Assembly: GCA_001600815.1 (NCBI GenBank)
Contig: BCKZ01000004.1
Location: 372,001-436,000 of the forward strand
Length of the DNA: 64,000 bases
Direction of reading: 5' to 3'
Source of the DNA: Alloascoidea hylecoeti
Lineage: Eukaryota
Shown here: piece after piece, positions 23,334 to 35,629 of the stretch
How positions within the stretch are numbered: the first letter of the stretch is position 1
How the letters are laid out: each line of letters opens with the position of its first letter
Position numbers and translations under genes: made by a program
The notes under the pieces: generated by a model
Databases searched by the model: none
What the model was told of the DNA's origin: nothing
Seen by the model: only the letters and a program-made list of their open reading frames with translations

Positions 23334-23540
23334 ATCATATCATAATTAATTAATCTACAATAAAGTGTATATTATTAATAACATGATCATGAGAGTACTG
23401 GTGTACAATCGGGTCAAGCCTAATCAGTCCAAAGACCACTCAAAGAATGTTTCTGAAGAAGCATGGATCTGCAGATATGGAGCATTTTCGGTGCGTGAAA
23501 GGCCTTTTCAGAATGAGAAGAACAGAAAGATAAATATATA

Positions 23541-23855
23541 AAGGTATCACAGAAACCGAATACAATACACCAACCGTTTATCCTCTCGAAATTGTCACCC
23601 CACTATTGGAAACAAGATGAAACGAGTACGTAAAGGTTGAAAAGGCAAGGCAAAATTATTGAGAGAAAACCCAGTACTTGGTGATGTTCAGATAATATCT
23701 CAACTTGTCTAGATGAACACCTTGAAAAACAGGGTAAAAAAGAAGAAACACTCTAAATTTGAAGTAAAAATAAAGCAACAGGTTGAAAATCTATTAGGAT
23801 AAGTAGTTTATGTATACAAAATTTTTAGTGAATTCATATTTTTTGGTGATATTAG
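23541..23855. mobile_element. MITE-like element, about 315 bp with about 40-bp terminal inverted repeats
   Basis: 23541-23580 AAGGTATCACAGAAACCGAATACAATACACCAACCGTTTA vs reverse complement of 23817-23855 AAGGCATAAAGAAACCAAATACAATACACCAACCGTTTA. No clear TSD. Confidence 0.65.
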
Positions 23856-24554
23856 TGGTTGATTTAATAATTCGAGTAAACGGTTGGTGTATTGTATTTG
23901 GTTTCTTTATGCCTTATTTCTATAGACCTATAGTCTAAAGGTATAAAAAAGCGTAACTTTAGACTTGACCTAGATGTGAATTTGAAAGTTTTCAATTTCA
24001 ATTATGAAATAGAAACTGTAATTGTTTAATAAAAAAACAAACTTAAGAAATTTATTATATTAAAAAAAAAAATAAAAACGAAAATACAATTAACAAAAAA
24101 TTATGACCTGCATAAATCACAAAAACAAAAACAAAAACAAAAACAAAATTCAAAAATCAAAAACACAAATGTTTAAAAAAAATTTCTTTCTTTAAATTTC
24201 TTTCTTTAAATTTCATTCAAAAAATATATCAACATATATAATAGTAACAATAGGTACAAAATTATTGATCACAAATTTATAATCATAATGAAAATGAAAA
24301 TCATAGTCACATCTTTATCTTTTCTTTAATATTGTTGGGTTGCAACTGTAATTATGATAATATTACTATCTTTAAAAGTTAATGAATTCAAAATTAAACG
24401 AAAAAAAAAAAAGAGAACTTGAAATCAGCATAATAATAATTGTATTGTTGAAAATAAACAAGTTAAAAAAAGTATAATACTAGTTGTAATTGTAATAATA
24501 ATAATAGTAGTAGTAATAGTAATTATAATGATATCGATGATAAGTCTTTTCCAG

Positions 24555-24860
24555 TTCAATTTCAAATTTCAAATTTCAAATTTCAAATTTCAAATTTGCA
24601 TTAAGAGATTTTGCAATGATAGTCTAACACGCAATTTACTCCAATCCATCAACTTATTTCTTTATCCTGACTTTAAAAAATAATAATTAATTTAAAATGA
24701 AATAAAAATAAAAAAAATAAAAATTAAAAGAATCGTCAAAGTTAAACAATTGCAAGATTAAAATTAACAAAATTAAAACAAAAGAAAATAAAATAAAAAA
24801 ATTAAAAATAAAACAAATAAAACAAATAAAACAAATAAAACAAATAAAACAAATAAAAAA
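24555..24860. repeat. Low-complexity tandem repeats (TTTCAAA)n and (AAAACAAATA)n
   Basis: Visible arrays at about 24555-24596 and 24807-24856. Confidence 0.85.
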
Positions 24861-25051
24861 GAAAAATTCAATATAAACACAATATAACAAAAAATCACAT
24901 CTAAAATGATGAAATAAAATATAAATTCATGCCAGCCAAAAAAAACAAAACAATGCTATCTTTATCAACCTTTATATTATATATGATTACAGTCTTCTTT
25001 CCCATTTTGAATCTTTAAATCATTTAGATTTGTATGTATACCATTGTAATG

Positions 25052-27388
25052 TTATTTTTTACTTTCTGATTTTTTAGTATTTATTGCAACTTTAACCAAA
25101 GGTGATAAACTTCTTACATTATCAGCTTCACTTATAAAATAGTCATTTAATAATTCAGTAGCTCCACCTCTTTCATCAGGATCAACAGTTAACATCCAAT
25201 TTAAAAATTGTGTAAATTCAGGACTTAAAGCTTCAGGTTCTTTTAAAACTGGTCTACCATTAGTTGCAATTAAATATAAAGCTCTTAATGGAGGTTCATT
25301 TAAATAAGGTGGTTCACCTTCAATCATTTCAATTGTCATTATGCCTAAAGACCATATATCAATTTTTGGACCATAAGCTTTACGAGAAACAACTTCTGGT
25401 GCCATCCAATATGGTGTGCCAACCATTGTAACTCTTTTGATACTTTGTTCATTAATTTGTGCACAAAAACCAAAATCAGTTAATTTAATTTCACCATTTA
25501 ATGATAATAAAACATTATCAGATTTTATATCACGATGAATAACTCCCTTTGAATGTAAAAATTGTAAACCTTGTAAAGTTTCTCTACAAACAGCACCAAT
25601 TTGTCCTTCAGTCATAATACTATGAGTAACAACATCAGTTAAGGACCCACCTTGCATATATTCCATAACAACCCATAATTCACCAGTTATCAAATAACTA
25701 TCAATAAAATTAACAATATTTTTATGTTGACTTTCCTTCATAACTAAAATTTCATTTATAATTAATTCTTTCTTTGGTTGTTTTTCTAATTCCATTTGTT
25801 TTATTGCAACAGGAATTTCATTACCTTGTTTATAAGCAGTATAAACACCACCAGAAGCTCCTTGACCAACTTTATTTAAATTATTATATAGTTTTCGTGG
25901 ATCTCCAGGAGTACAAATTTTTGATAATTTTTTATAAACTAGTGCATCTGATTTTTTCATTTCTTCTCTTTTTCTTGCATTTGCATCTGCAACTGCTTTT
26001 GGATCTTTTAATTTTGAAGGTTTTCTTAAAACTGGTTGTTGATTATTATTTTTTGTTGGTGGACCTCCAACTTTACCATTTGTTAATTTTTGTAATTTTA
26101 ATAAATCATTTGAATCAATTTTGTTGTTATTATTGTTAAAATCTTTTGGTGGTAATTGAGGAGAAATACCACTAAATTGTTCATTACTCTGTAATTTTGG
26201 AGTTGCTAATTTTGGTGGAACCATTAATTGTGATCTTCTTGGTGGTAAAGTACCATTTCTTTGAACACTTACACCTGAATTAGATTTATTAGAGTTTGGG
26301 GTAGGTGGTGGAGGAGCATTTCTAATTGTTGAGAATTTTCTTGAAATATCATTTGATTTATAGGTTTTTGATTTATGTTCATACCTATTGCTCGGATTTG
26401 GAGCAGGTATTGATGGAGCAGGACCATGAGGATTACGATTATATTCTTGTTGATATTGAGATGGAAATTGAGATTGTGATTGAGAAGTTGGGGTTGGAGG
26501 AGGTCTTGGAGCCGGTCGTGAAGGGATATATTGTTTATTTGAAGATTTAAAAAACCCTATTTCATCGTCAGAACTATTTGTATTTGAATTTGAATTTGAA
26601 TTTGAATTTGAATTTGAATTTGAATTAGAATTAGAATTTGTTGTTATTGGATGTGTATTATGATTAACATGAGTGAATTTATCCCATACCTGTTCTTCAG
26701 GATCTCTATTAGTTGATTCTTGATAAAAATTAACTACATCAATAATAGCCTGAGGATGTTCTTGTTGTTCAGTTTTAGAAATCCCATTAACAGATAATAA
26801 TCTTTCCCATTCTTCAGGCAAACCAGTATATTCGCCAGTATCTAAATCCAAACCAACATGTGCAACATGAGTAACAGTTAATGGGCCAGAAATTTTTACA
26901 GAAGCAGAAAAAGTTTGAGATTTAGGACTTGGAGCTTCGCGTAATTCACGAATTAAAGGAACAGGAGAGCTTATATTTGGAGAACCAGATTTCATTGATT
27001 GGAAGAACGTCGAAGAAGAAGTCGAAGATTTTGTATCAACACTTATTCTTTTATCGCGCATACTTTGGACGACATTCGAAAAGGCACCTTTTATTGAGCT
27101 GACACGTTTTGCGCCTAGACTTTTACCACGCACACGTCGTAGATGATGATGTTTCTCTTTTTCCTTGGCCAAAGAGGCTTCTTTGGACAAAAAGGAGTTG
27201 TTTTGGGGGATGATGGCGGGGGAGTCGCCAAAGGACCGACTTCTGGGTCTTGTGGAGGATTTCCCCCTCGAGGGTTCGCTGGGAGTGTCGTTTGCAGTGT
27301 CGTTGGAGGTGGTCTGTGTGGATGGGGTTGAGGACGAATCCAGCGAGCCGTCCGAGGACAGCTTTGGCGTAGTAGTTGGAGATTGCAT
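25052..27388 (-). CDS. STE20: PAK kinase Ste20
   Basis: CRIB domain [14 protein letters not shown]; kinase motifs [17 protein letters not shown] and [10 protein letters not shown]-terminal G-beta-binding-like SLSPLVK; internal (SN)n repeat. Confidence 0.96.
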   Translation of the reverse strand: MQSPTTTPKLSSDGSLDSSSTPSTQTTSNDTANDTPSEPSRGKSSTRPRSRSFGDSPAIIPQNNSFLSKEASLAKEKEKHHHLRRVRGKSLGAKRVSSIKGAFSNVVQSMRDKRISVDTKSSTSSSTFFQSMKSGSPNISSPVPLIRELREAPSPKSQTFSASVKISGPLTVTHVAHVGLDLDTGEYTGLPEEWERLLSVNGISKTEQQEHPQAIIDVVNFYQESTNRDPEEQVWDKFTHVNHNTHPITTNSNSNSNSNSNSNSNSNSNTNSSDDEIGFFKSSNKQYIPSRPAPRPPPTPTSQSQSQFPSQYQQEYNRNPHGPAPSIPAPNPSNRYEHKSKTYKSNDISRKFSTIRNAPPPPTPNSNKSNSGVSVQRNGTLPPRRSQLMVPPKLATPKLQSNEQFSGISPQLPPKDFNNNNNKIDSNDLLKLQKLTNGKVGGPPTKNNNQQPVLRKPSKLKDPKAVADANARKREEMKKSDALVYKKLSKICTPGDPRKLYNNLNKVGQGASGGVYTAYKQGNEIPVAIKQMELEKQPKKELIINEILVMKESQHKNIVNFIDSYLITGELWVVMEYMQGGSLTDVVTHSIMTEGQIGAVCRETLQGLQFLHSKGVIHRDIKSDNVLLSLNGEIKLTDFGFCAQINEQSIKRVTMVGTPYWMAPEVVSRKAYGPKIDIWSLGIMTIEMIEGEPPYLNEPPLRALYLIATNGRPVLKEPEALSPEFTQFLNWMLTVDPDERGGATELLNDYFISEADNVRSLSPLVKVAINTKKSESKK

Positions 27389-27538
27389 GGGGCCGGAGAC
27401 GGGACGGGACGGACGGGCTTTGTACTGGGGAACGGGACAGGTTTGGCGGCCGAAGAAGAAGATGAGCTTGTGGGCGTCCGGGAGTTGTGGAATGTTTTGT
27501 TCGGGTGGTGCTCGAAGCCAGGAAGGAGGCGCCCCATT

Positions 27539-27985
27539 TCACCCGACACGTGCCCACCGGCGCAGCACACGGTCCCACGGAACACCGTCCACCGCCCCCT
27601 CGGGTGCGCGGGGCTCCCCCAGCACCACCCGCACGCGCTCCCCGGCCCCCCTCAGGCACACGAACAGCGAAGACACCGAGCGCAGGTCCGCCTCGCGCCC
27701 GTCCAGACAGCCCCAGACCCCGAGCGTGTACACGTGTCCTTCCGGCCTGGGGCGAGGGTGTTTCGCCAGGCGCACGGCGACGCTGAGTAAGTCGGGCCAG
27801 TTGCTGACGTACACAACCTCCACGCGTTCAGCATTGGAGTAGCCGACGCTCTGTTTCACCAAAACATTCTCTCCGTCTGGCTGGGGCCTCAGCAGCTGCT
27901 CGTCCATGACCAGGACCGTGCCTGGGCCCCCCGACGCCACGACTGAGGTTACAAACTTATCAAACGTCGTGATTTCAATCTTCAT
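27539..27985 (-). CDS. SHU1: Shu complex subunit Shu1-like (Rad51-paralog mediator)
   Basis: 148 aa. ERVEVVYV, YTLGVWG, LRSVSSLF and VPWDRVLRRW parallel recalled Shu1 motifs (ERVSVVFL, LVYGLWD, LRLLSLV, VPARLLRFW). Sits between LAG1 and STE20 on the same strand, as in S. cerevisiae. Confidence 0.7.
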   Translation of the reverse strand: MKIEITTFDKFVTSVVASGGPGTVLVMDEQLLRPQPDGENVLVKQSVGYSNAERVEVVYVSNWPDLLSVAVRLAKHPRPRPEGHVYTLGVWGCLDGREADLRSVSSLFVCLRGAGERVRVVLGEPRAPEGAVDGVPWDRVLRRWARVG

Positions 27986-28049
27986 TATTGGTGTTTGGTA
28001 GAAGAAATAGTCTATATTATATTACTAACTGCTATCCACATCCTTACTC

Positions 28050-29261
28050 TTACTCACTCTTAATCCCTTCTTCACATTCCTGTTTCTCATTCTCACTCTC
28101 TTCATCACTCCTGTCATCTTTCCTTTGCCCGGATATAGCAATCCTAGCCGCTATTCGGATAATCAAAAACAACCACAAACAATTAATCGAAAATAGTCCA
28201 AATAATAAGCTGAATGTTATAATCTGTGATATCCAACATTTGTACTCTTCTCTTTCCCAATTCAATTCATATACTCCAATCTCTTTGAATTCTGTTAATA
28301 TCGACCATAAGATTTTACCATTTATAAAATGTCTTAGATAAATCCAAATAATTATAAAAAAACAAAATATAATGTTTGTAAATTTACTATCAATATAATT
28401 TAAACATTTTGATAATGATAAAAAGAAATCTGCAATATCCATACTTATAAAAACTTCTAATCCAATCATTGTAAAATGAAATTTATATGATAAAAATATT
28501 AATAATAATGTTAAAAAATGATGAAAAATCATTTGATTTTGATCTTTTCTTGGTTTTTCTAATTTTAAAAACATTACAAATGATTGTTGTAACCAAAATG
28601 ATGATTGTAATAAATAATAAAGTTTTAAATTAAAATCTTGAAATTTTAATGGATAATTTTCATAAATTGTTTTAGTTTTAAAAAACCATAAATTTGGTGT
28701 TTTAAACATTATATATAACCCAAATGGTGATGATAATCCACAATAAATTATTAAATATGATTGTTCCATAAATCTTTTAATTTTTTTTGGATTTTTTAAT
28801 CCATTTTTTAATGCTAATGGTTTTGAAATTACTTGCATTATAAATTCTCTAAAAAATGTAAAAAAAATTGAATAATAAAAAACAAAATACAAATCTTCTA
28901 TACCTTTTCCATATTTTTCTTCATCATTAACTTGTAATTTATATGATAAAAATATAAATTGTTCAAGTGGATTATTACCTTCTTGTTCTTGATCTTGCCT
29001 TGTATTTGTAATTTGAAATATTAATATTGGTATAAGAAATAAAATTAATGAATTTAACCAAGTATATTTTAAACAAATTATTGAATATTCATACCATAAT
29101 TTTCTTATTGATTTATTAATTGTTTTAATAAAATTAAATAAAAAATTATATATTTTAGAATTTAAATTTAAATTCTTATTTTCATTTGTTAATGATATTG
29201 AAAATGATGGTGGTGAATTTGATGAAATATCAACTCTTCCAATCGATAATCTTCTCCCCAT
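28050..29261 (-). CDS. LAG1: Ceramide synthase (Lag1/Lac1, TLC domain)
   Basis: KRFMEQSY, Lag1 motif EKPRKDQNQMIFHH, MDIADFFL, YKCWISQ and C-terminal DDRSDEESE. Confidence 0.92.
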   Translation of the reverse strand: MGRRLSIGRVDISSNSPPSFSISLTNENKNLNLNSKIYNFLFNFIKTINKSIRKLWYEYSIICLKYTWLNSLILFLIPILIFQITNTRQDQEQEGNNPLEQFIFLSYKLQVNDEEKYGKGIEDLYFVFYYSIFFTFFREFIMQVISKPLALKNGLKNPKKIKRFMEQSYLIIYCGLSSPFGLYIMFKTPNLWFFKTKTIYENYPLKFQDFNLKLYYLLQSSFWLQQSFVMFLKLEKPRKDQNQMIFHHFLTLLLIFLSYKFHFTMIGLEVFISMDIADFFLSLSKCLNYIDSKFTNIIFCFFIIIWIYLRHFINGKILWSILTEFKEIGVYELNWEREEYKCWISQIITFSLLFGLFSINCLWLFLIIRIAARIAISGQRKDDRSDEESENEKQECEEGIKSE

Positions 29262-31084
29262 TTATCTTATAATTAAAACCTTAAACGTTGTACCTCTCTA
29301 TATTTAAAAATATTATATAAAGTGAAATATAATATAGATCAACTTTTTTTGTTTTGAAAACTCAGATGATTATATTAAGTGGAAGAAAGAAATTTTTAAA
29401 GGGGAAAAACTCAATCAATCTAGTGGAATGGAAAATTGTTGACGTTTATATAAAAAGCCTTAAATCTATAAACACTTGTTGTGTCAGCCATCGTTTTAAT
29501 ATCACGAGCCCAATTAAATATTTTTTTAAAATGTTGTATCATTTATTTTAAGTTTCTCTATACTATAGGGATGATTTCAAGTTACTTATATAATCATAGC
29601 CTGAGTTATTACTACTGTATTAAACAAATTATTCTAGCTAATAGGAATATTCGGAACTGTCATAAATCATGAATAAGTGATTATTTTCTAAATTATAATT
29701 AACTCTAAACTTTCGCATACTTCGAATTCATTCCATTATAAGATTAATACTTTAAATTTTGCTCCACAATCATAAGCATTTATATTATTTATTGGCGCTA
29801 AATTTTATAATTATAAAAAAGGTCAAATGCCATGAAGTCTGGTTTGCTAGATTTAAACAAATTAGTCTTGGCTTTTAACGGAATTTAGAAAATTTCCCTT
29901 AAAGGTTAATGGCATTTAATCTAGAAGGTTAGCTGATTTAGGCAGATATATTAATGCAAATACCATGTCGCAGAATAATTTTAATTGGGGGGGCTTCTAG
30001 AAGTTAACAACATCACCTTTAAACTTCCATGCTATCATCCATTTTAATAATATATTATTTAAGACAACATATAAAAGTCGTGAATCGTGAATCGTGATCG
30101 TGCTATTGTTCCTGCCTGACAACCCTTCACCAAAATTTAAACCTTCACCCCGTGTTCTTTTTACAATTCACAAGATCACTTATAATTATATATTAGAACA
30201 CTTAGATCAAGAGACAAGTGAAGGTACTACGCCCCATGGCAAGTACCTGTCGTAGTGGCGAGAGTGGCTGAATTCTTACATTATATGCACGATATTATGC
30301 ACACCATATATATAACAAGCCATCAACAAACAGTTCAATTATCAGCCTAAAACATTAAGTTCTCGAATAACAAAATAAAACAATTAAGTAAAGGTAGGAG
30401 AGACAAAATTCTCAATAAAAATATAGATATTGGTGATGACATTGAAAGAGGAATTTATTGTACTCAAGATAAACACAATCCAAAACAGGGCCCAACTTTA
30501 AATTTAAACTGAAAATACAAAAACGAGTATAAATATATATATAGAAGAATGTATTATTATTAAATTAAGTAGTTTATCTATACAGAATATTTAGTGAAAT
30601 CATATCTTTTGGTGATGTTTGTTTTAATAAACAATTTAGTTACCAAATAGAACTTTTTGCACCATCTTAAACGTCATAAGACCACTCCAGGCTGTGTACA
30701 GCCATTGAAAATCTGAGAACGTTTATTTTTTCACCCAAACCATTATAATACTCAATGAGACCTTAAACTGTTCTTAAAGTGGTATATACTGTTTTGTAAA
30801 ACTTATATTAGAGATTATATCAGACTATATAGACTGAAATTTCAAATTTAATTGGCACAAATATGATACCTAAATACTTATCTTTAATTAAACAATCATT
30901 AGTACTCGTTACATATTTCAGTGATCATAATTTTTACAACTAGTCAAGAGATCGTCTTCCAATAAAGCATACCGATTTACTAGACCAAAAGCATGAATTG
31001 TAATTTATTTTTGATTCAACTGAATCGATATCAAAAAATATTACTGACTGCAATTGTATTTTCTTTAATTTTCTTTTAAATTTA

Positions 31085-32899
31085 TTTATTTACGTTTGAT
31101 ATTTGTGATTTTGGATTGAATCCAATTTTAAATTCCACATCATAAGATCGTGATAAGTAACAACTTTCAAAATTCGGAATTAAATCAAAAGTAAAGGAAT
31201 TCGATGGTATTTCAGTATTTAACCTTTTTCATAAATGGTTTGATCCGTTATCCATTCATTCAAATTGTGAATATCTTTTTTATAACCAAGTTTACTGTCA
31301 CTAAAGTCATTCAATTTCAAAGGGGTCCTCCTGATCTAATTTTGAATGACCACCACACAATATCCTTTGTAATGTCCAGGATCTTATATTCTCTTAAATC
31401 CTTATATGTGTTTAAAGCTGATTTGGACATCCCGATGGTAGTATGTATTGTAAGTATGGTTCTACTGATGTGATAAGTGGCGGATCCTCTGGTATTCCAT
31501 CAATTATTATAGGAGTAAAAATGAACTCCAAATGATATACCGAATATTTAGACATTTTGTTATATCCTTTATGATGAACAATTATATTTTACAAAAAGGT
31601 TATAACATCCTTTAAGTATTAACTCTGGTGAAACTAATATTGGATCAGGTCGAGGTGTGATGACTTTGATCATTGACACAGTTTGATTCCCAATCAAAGA
31701 AATCGTTGGTCGTCCCACAAACCACTTAAAATGTTTATAAAAATATAACTGTTCTGTCTTAGAATCTATGGAATGAATAATTTTAAATTTCATACTATCA
31801 TTTCAATTCCCCTAGATGGGATATATATTTAGTTATATCGAGATATGACTGCAACATATAATGAGAAAGTGCAGGATTTGAAGTAATGATTCTGAAGGAA
31901 TTAAATGCCTTAATTGATTCAATTGGTTGTATGTCTTCATATAGATCACCAATGGTAAAATAATTTTCGATTCTGGCTTCAATATAATATGTATTTCGAA
32001 CCTCAAAATATTGGGTTTTTTCTTGGCGGTAAATATCCTGTTTCAGCTTATCTGATAATGTTTTAACCGCAGATGTACGGCAAATATGAAATCGAGGTAT
32101 TCCAGTGGAATTATCTACCATAAATTGATGATCATGGCTACTATACCATTTCTCTTGGTAAATTTTTGGTCTAGACATGAAATAGTTCAAGAATCTTTAT
32201 TAATATTCATTAATGGACGTTTGAAAAAACTTCCAAGAAACTTCCAAATCAAGGAGGCAAACTATTATGGAGCTGGTTATCTAGATATGGTCCCAATAAT
32301 TTCTCTGATGTAACACAGCTAAAAGATATTCTATATGTCTTACCAACTTGAGCAATATTATGTTTCCGACCATCAGTTCCAGTATTTACCTTTGGAGATA
32401 TCTCATAATAATTTTCCATTAAATTAAAATAAATACTTTTATCGTAGGGGATTCTGATATATAGATCTTTTCTGCCGATATCTCCTCTCATACATAGTGT
32501 AAAATCTTCAAATTAAATAGAAAAGAAGTGTTAGGAATTAGTTTAACCCATCCTTTAATAGTCTCACATGGGACAACATAAAACGTTCTTCTATTTTTGA
32601 TACAAATAGTGAGCTGTCCTTTGTTCGATTTTCTCAACTGAAGAGCATTTTTGGTCCCCTTTATCGGACCCGGTAATTGTTAAGCCTTCATTGTATGTAT
32701 TTGTAAGAGGCGAGCATGTCATATTTAACGAGAATGGAAAAAAGAGGCAAATTTTAGAGAAAAAGTAAGTTAGCCCTTTTAGAAAGTTATTTGTGTCAAG
32801 CAAAAGAAAATTAATACAAAATACAAATGTTTTCCTCTTAAGTTTAAGTCTTGCTATGATCGTAGAGTGATATGCATATGTTTTGTTTAGCCTAGACAT
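31085..32899 (-). pseudogene. Decayed Bul1-like arrestin (Rsp5 adaptor) paralog
   Basis: Collinear fragments NTYNEGLTITGS, HNSLPP*FG, TYYIEARI, SFRII, PRPDPILVSPELILK and LIPNFESCYLSRSYDVEFKIGF. These match the intact paralog at 62692 and the Bul1 C-terminal motif. Many stops and frameshifts. Confidence 0.75.
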
Positions 32900-33815
32900 T
32901 TGACAGTGATTAATATTGTTATGAATTGAATGAAAATATTATGAATTTTAAGTCTATTCATAATATTATGTAAACATATGAAAAGAGGAGATATAACTAT
33001 ATGTATGTGTAATATTAATATTAATTGTGACACTAACTACATTTTTTAGGAAGTAAACAAAAAAAAGGTACACGTGAACTACAAACCAAATGGAAGACAA
33101 TTACATATAGGTTATACATAAATTCTAGTCAATTCAAGCCATTTTTAACACAAATATTCGGTCACGCGATGCTTAATTGCAAATTTTGACCTTAAGCTTG
33201 TTGATGAATAATTGTCGACCATCTCCTAACTTAACATTCGTATACTATAAACTCGAGCGATATATATCTCTAATAGAACTATTATATAGAAAGAGTAATT
33301 ACTGAAGGTGTGTGGCCGAACCTTGTTGTATCATTTGATCCATTCTTTTGCTAAATTTGAGAACGCGCCAAATATTAAGTTCACTGTACCACATGGCAGA
33401 GATGAAAGGGAATAATCGTATAACAGTTGCAGTTTAGTTGATACACTAGATTGCTAATCACGAAACCTTTACATTTGATAATTAAATGAGATTTAGCAGT
33501 ACTTAGAGTACAATGGATCTGGACTAGTTTTGCGGTGTAATTATTATTATTCTTAAATTATTTGAACTTTCATTTTTCACCAAATGATTTATTATTAGGT
33601 AGTTCCAGTATATTCATGTTGAAGCTCCAATTCTGTCTTGTTGATTACAGTCGAATTGTTTACGTTATATACTTACTTAACTAGGCTATACGAAATAATT
33701 ACCTCATGGAGTGCGAAAACTAAAAGGAAGCCTCTTCATTGACAAGTTACCCGGCCTTCTCGATTATAGTTATTTGCCATCGATTCTTATACATAACCAT
33801 CATTTATAATTAAAA

Positions 33816-35387
33816 ATGAGCATCGAATCGGCTATCAGTATGTCTAAATTTTTATAAAGATTACTGTTAAATATATGTATATCTAACTGTTTCATTAGTT
33901 CGGGCAACCGATGCCAATTTAACATCCGATAATTGGGAATATATTCTTGATGTTTGTGATAAAGTAACTGCTGATCCAGAAGCAGGGTATGATATTTAAT
34001 TAAAATGATACTAATTTAATGTGCTTTTAATTTCTAACCCTTTTTTGTTGTTGTTTAGTAAAACAGAAGCAATAAAAGCAGTTGAAAAAAGACTAGCTAT
34101 GAAAGACGCCAATGTTTTATTAAGAACACTATCCGTAAGTTCTTTACTACTTACTTTTCTATTTAATTAATATTAATATCTTAAAATTTTGAAACTCATA
34201 TATTATAGTTAATTACTTCATTAGCTGAAAATTGTGGTTCAAGAATGCAACAAGAAATTGCTTCAAAACATTTCACACACGTTTTAACAAAAATGATTAA
34301 TAACAAATCAACACATTCAACTATTAAATTTCGTATTGCTGAAGTTGTATCTCAATTAAGAGATTCTTTTAAAAGAGATCCTTCTTTAAAACCAATGGAG
34401 GACGCTTTTCAAGAAATTTCAAGAACTCATCCAAATTTATTAACTCCACAAATACCTGAGAAGCAAAAAATGAATGAAATTGATAAGATTAAAGAAGAAA
34501 ACGATTTAAAAGCTGCTCTACAATTATCGTTAGAAGAAGATAAGAAGAACACACAACAGCAACAACAAGAGAAAGAGCAAGAGCAAAAACAACAAGAGTC
34601 TAATGCTCCTAAAAGTGATCAAAGTGCAACTGCTCCTAAAAGTGGTCAAAGTGCAACTGCTTCAACTGTTAGTCGTGTTAAGGCACTTTTTGATTTAACT
34701 TCTTATGATCCAGAAGAATTATCTTTTCAAAAAGGTGATATAATTACTGTTTTAGAAAGTGTTTATAAAGATTGGTGGAGAGGTTCACTAAGAGGTAAAA
34801 TTGGAATATTTCCTTTAAATTATGTAACACCATTAAAAGATCCAACTTTTGAAGAAACTGCAAAAGAAGCTGAAAAAGAATCTGAGATTTTTGATCAATA
34901 TAAAAATGTTGAAAGATTATTATCATTATTAAGTACAACTAATTCTCATTCAAATAATCAACAATTAATTGATAATGAAGAAATTCAAAGATTATATAAT
35001 CAAATTACTCCATTAAGACCAAAATTGGGACCATTAATTGAAAAATATGCTTCAAAGAAAGATGAATATTTATTATTAAATGAAAAATTAAGTGATTCGG
35101 AAAGAGTTTATAATGATTTAATGGATGCTTCTGTTGCACAATATAAAGAAACTCAACGAATTCAATATCCACCAAATCAAATTCCTGATGCTCCTTATTA
35201 TCCTTCTGAACAGGCTCAGCGTCAATCTACAGGTTATCAATATCAAACTGATTCTTTTTCACAATCTCAATATGGATATCCTAATAATTCATATCCTCGG
35301 AATTATCCACAACAACAACAACAACAGCAACCGCAACCACAGCCCCAACAACAGCAGCCCTATCAATACCAACCATTTCCTCAGTAG
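33816..35387 (+). CDS. HSE1: ESCRT-0 subunit Hse1 (VHS-UIM-SH3); exons 33816-33837, 33899-33986, 34059-34134, 34209-35387
   Basis: Three GT..AG introns give a continuous VHS domain ([21 protein letters not shown]...LAENCGSRM). [16 protein letters not shown] and SH3 [19 protein letters not shown] follow. Confidence 0.95.
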
Positions 35388-35520
35388 TGGTTATACGATA
35401 TTATAATACGTATACGTAATTCATTGCGGTGATTTATATTTTATGTTTTCCTTTTCCTATAATAAATAATCATCAATAAACATTTTAATTTTCTTTCATT
35501 ATGTAAGTTTACCCGGACGT

Positions 35521-35550
35521 TGAAAAACAGGGCTAAACCCTGGGGATGAG
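35521..35550. promoter_or_regulatory. Ribosomal-protein promoter element: palindromic CAGGGCTAAACCCTG (Tbf1-like) flanked by TGAAAAA and GATGAG
   Basis: About 90 bp upstream of the RPL14 ATG. Resembles Tbf1-type RP promoter sites plus RRPE/PAC-like words. Confidence 0.45.
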
Positions 35551-35629
35551 ACGACAGTCCCGGTGTTGTAGAACAATACACATCCAAATTAAAGAAGCAC
35601 TAACAACCAACAACCAATTAATATCAAAA

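Noticed and set aside
27115..27842. Many overlapping long ORFs on both strands (also 55873-56652)
   Set aside because: Expected from stop-codon scarcity in GC peaks; only the Shu1-like ORF has motif and synteny support.
29899..30022. Short paired inverted words (TTAAAGGT/ACCTTTAA and TCTAGAAG/CTTCTAGA)
   Set aside because: 8-bp AT-rich matches could be chance; no TSD.
30220..30275. Hairpin followed by a tRNA-like GTAGTGGCGAGAGTGG
   Set aside because: No T-arm (GTTCRA) or cloverleaf; too little for a tRNA or Helitron-end call.
31085..32899. Captured linear-plasmid or viral gene
   Set aside because: Manual translation shows Bul1 motifs collinear with the paralog at 62692.
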